DNA of 63,931 bases, filler included, from Folioceros fuciformis (Eukaryota): assembly GCA_049999805.1 (NCBI GenBank). It is 20 parts of 20 records of this genome, joined end to end, with 100 filler letters (N's around TTAATTAATTAA, not from the genome) between each part and the next. Parts side by side here need not be neighbours in the genome. Positions count along the whole stretch, not along the records: positions 62,870 to 63,931 come from JBNGIO010005051.1; 19 more parts are not named here. One strand, 5' to 3'. The notes beneath the pieces were generated by a model. That model had not been told where the DNA came from. It worked only from the letters and a program-made list of their open reading frames with translations, and did not search any database. Position numbers and translations under genes: made by a program. The number at the start of each line of letters is the position of its first letter. The stretch's first letter is position 1. Positions 62,870 through 63,931 of this stretch are shown piece after piece.

Positions 62870-63931
62870 AAGTCCGACCCTCCATCCACAGCAGCAAGGA
62901 ACCCCATCGCTCCTTCATGGGAACGAAACCCAATGTCTCAACGACAGTGGGATAAGTGTGGCCACTAAAGGTGGGACCCGTCGGCAATCAGTGCCCTGGG
63001 TTTTGCCTCCACATTTTTGGCGCCGCTGCCGGGGAGCGGCTTGGGAGTTTCTTTTGCTGACCGGATGGAGAGTCTAAGTTGTCCTGTAGATGTCTGGTGG
63101 AAGAGGTGATCGCAGAACTGGTAGAGGAAGAGCAGTTGTAACGCCTTCACCAAGGGATCTGCGTGCAACAAGGAGGAATTTGCTGAGAGGAGAGAGTAAC
63201 TTGACCCCTAAGGCTAGCACCCTTGTGCAGGAGGAGCTGCCTTGGTCAAGTGGAGAGCACGAATCTGAAGGGTTGATTGCTGGAGAGCGTGACATCCAGG
63301 AGGTTGGTATTACATCTGGTTGCAGGAAGGAGTCTTACAGCCAACAAGTGGGTCATGTTGAGAGGGAGTCCGTGTTACAGTCGAGTGTTGTGCAGTCAAC
63401 TCTAGGTGATACTTCAGTTGTGGTATCATTGCTGGATAGCTTGCAGTCACTTGTTGGTGGTCAGTCAGTCCCCTTGCCGGCCATTGTTCCATTGTCAGCC
63501 CCCGTAGTGGTTTCGATAGGGGCTGTACTTCCTACGTCAAGTATCAGCCAAGTGGGTGGAGGAGTTGCTGCAAGGATGGCTGCTCCTATTCACAGTCGTC
63601 AGCAATACGTGAAGTTTGGAGACAAGAGAAGAGGGGAGGATGCTGAATCCTTCCTAAGGACGTTCGAGCATGTGTCTCGTGCCAACATGGAGGACACTAC
63701 AGCTGATCGTTTGAGGATCTTTCCAGGTTTGCTGAGAGGACAAGCTCAGCAGTGGTACAGCCGGACGTATGGAGTGACACCACCAGTGGATTGGGACAGC
63801 CTGAAGGACGATTTCTTGACCAGGTTCCGAGGTCTCAGCCATGGCCATCACACCTACGCGAGGTTGAGGACTTTGAAGCGAGGAAGGAAGGAGGATCTCT
63901 ATGACTACATTGAGAGGTTCTACAGCTATGT
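62870..63931 (+). mobile_element. Ty3/gypsy LTR retrotransposon 5' end: LTR end, tRNA-Asp-type PBS, gag
   Basis: The LTR ends ...CCTCCACA at 63013, with PBS TGGCGCCGCTGCCGGGGA at 63018-63035. An ORF from ATG 63090 is open to the window end and has the retrotransposon gag pattern DAESFLRTFE...LLRGQAQQWY...WDSLKDDFLTRF...EDLYDYIERF. Confidence 0.9.

Overview
This window is eukaryotic nuclear DNA from a non-seed land plant, most likely a hornwort. That assignment is an inference from very short GT-AG introns, dense gene packing, a legumin-like cupin and a GRP-ending DYW domain. It is not contiguous: 20 short contigs are joined by 19 identical artificial 100-bp linkers (N44-TTAATTAATTAA-N44), so neighbourhood only means something within a contig. 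Host genes: SABATH methyltransferase, LRAT/NC-domain protein, ASCH-domain protein, membrane DnaJ, TTL (TPR-thioredoxin, partial), TORNADO1-like LRR-Roc-COR (partial), Met-rich 11S legumin-like cupin (partial), poly(A)-binding protein, a decayed VIP3/SKI8 WD40 copy, and two tandem PPR gene ends. Most of the remainder is nested Ty1/copia fragments, plus a Ty3/gypsy element with a tRNA-Asp PBS, two different LINEs, a probable rDNA promoter/5'ETS contig and tandem repeats. The strongest leads: (1) a DYW C-terminus ending in GRP (candidate U-to-C RNA editing class), missed by the ORF track and followed by a gene that fuses an OSB-type PDF motif to an apparent PPR tract; (2) a short extra ORF upstream of gag whose amphipathic helix looks conserved in four diverged copia copies; (3) a roughly 10% methionine legumin-like protein whose homology-predicted intron starts with GG rather than GT. 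All homology calls are by-eye motif recognition; no searches were run.
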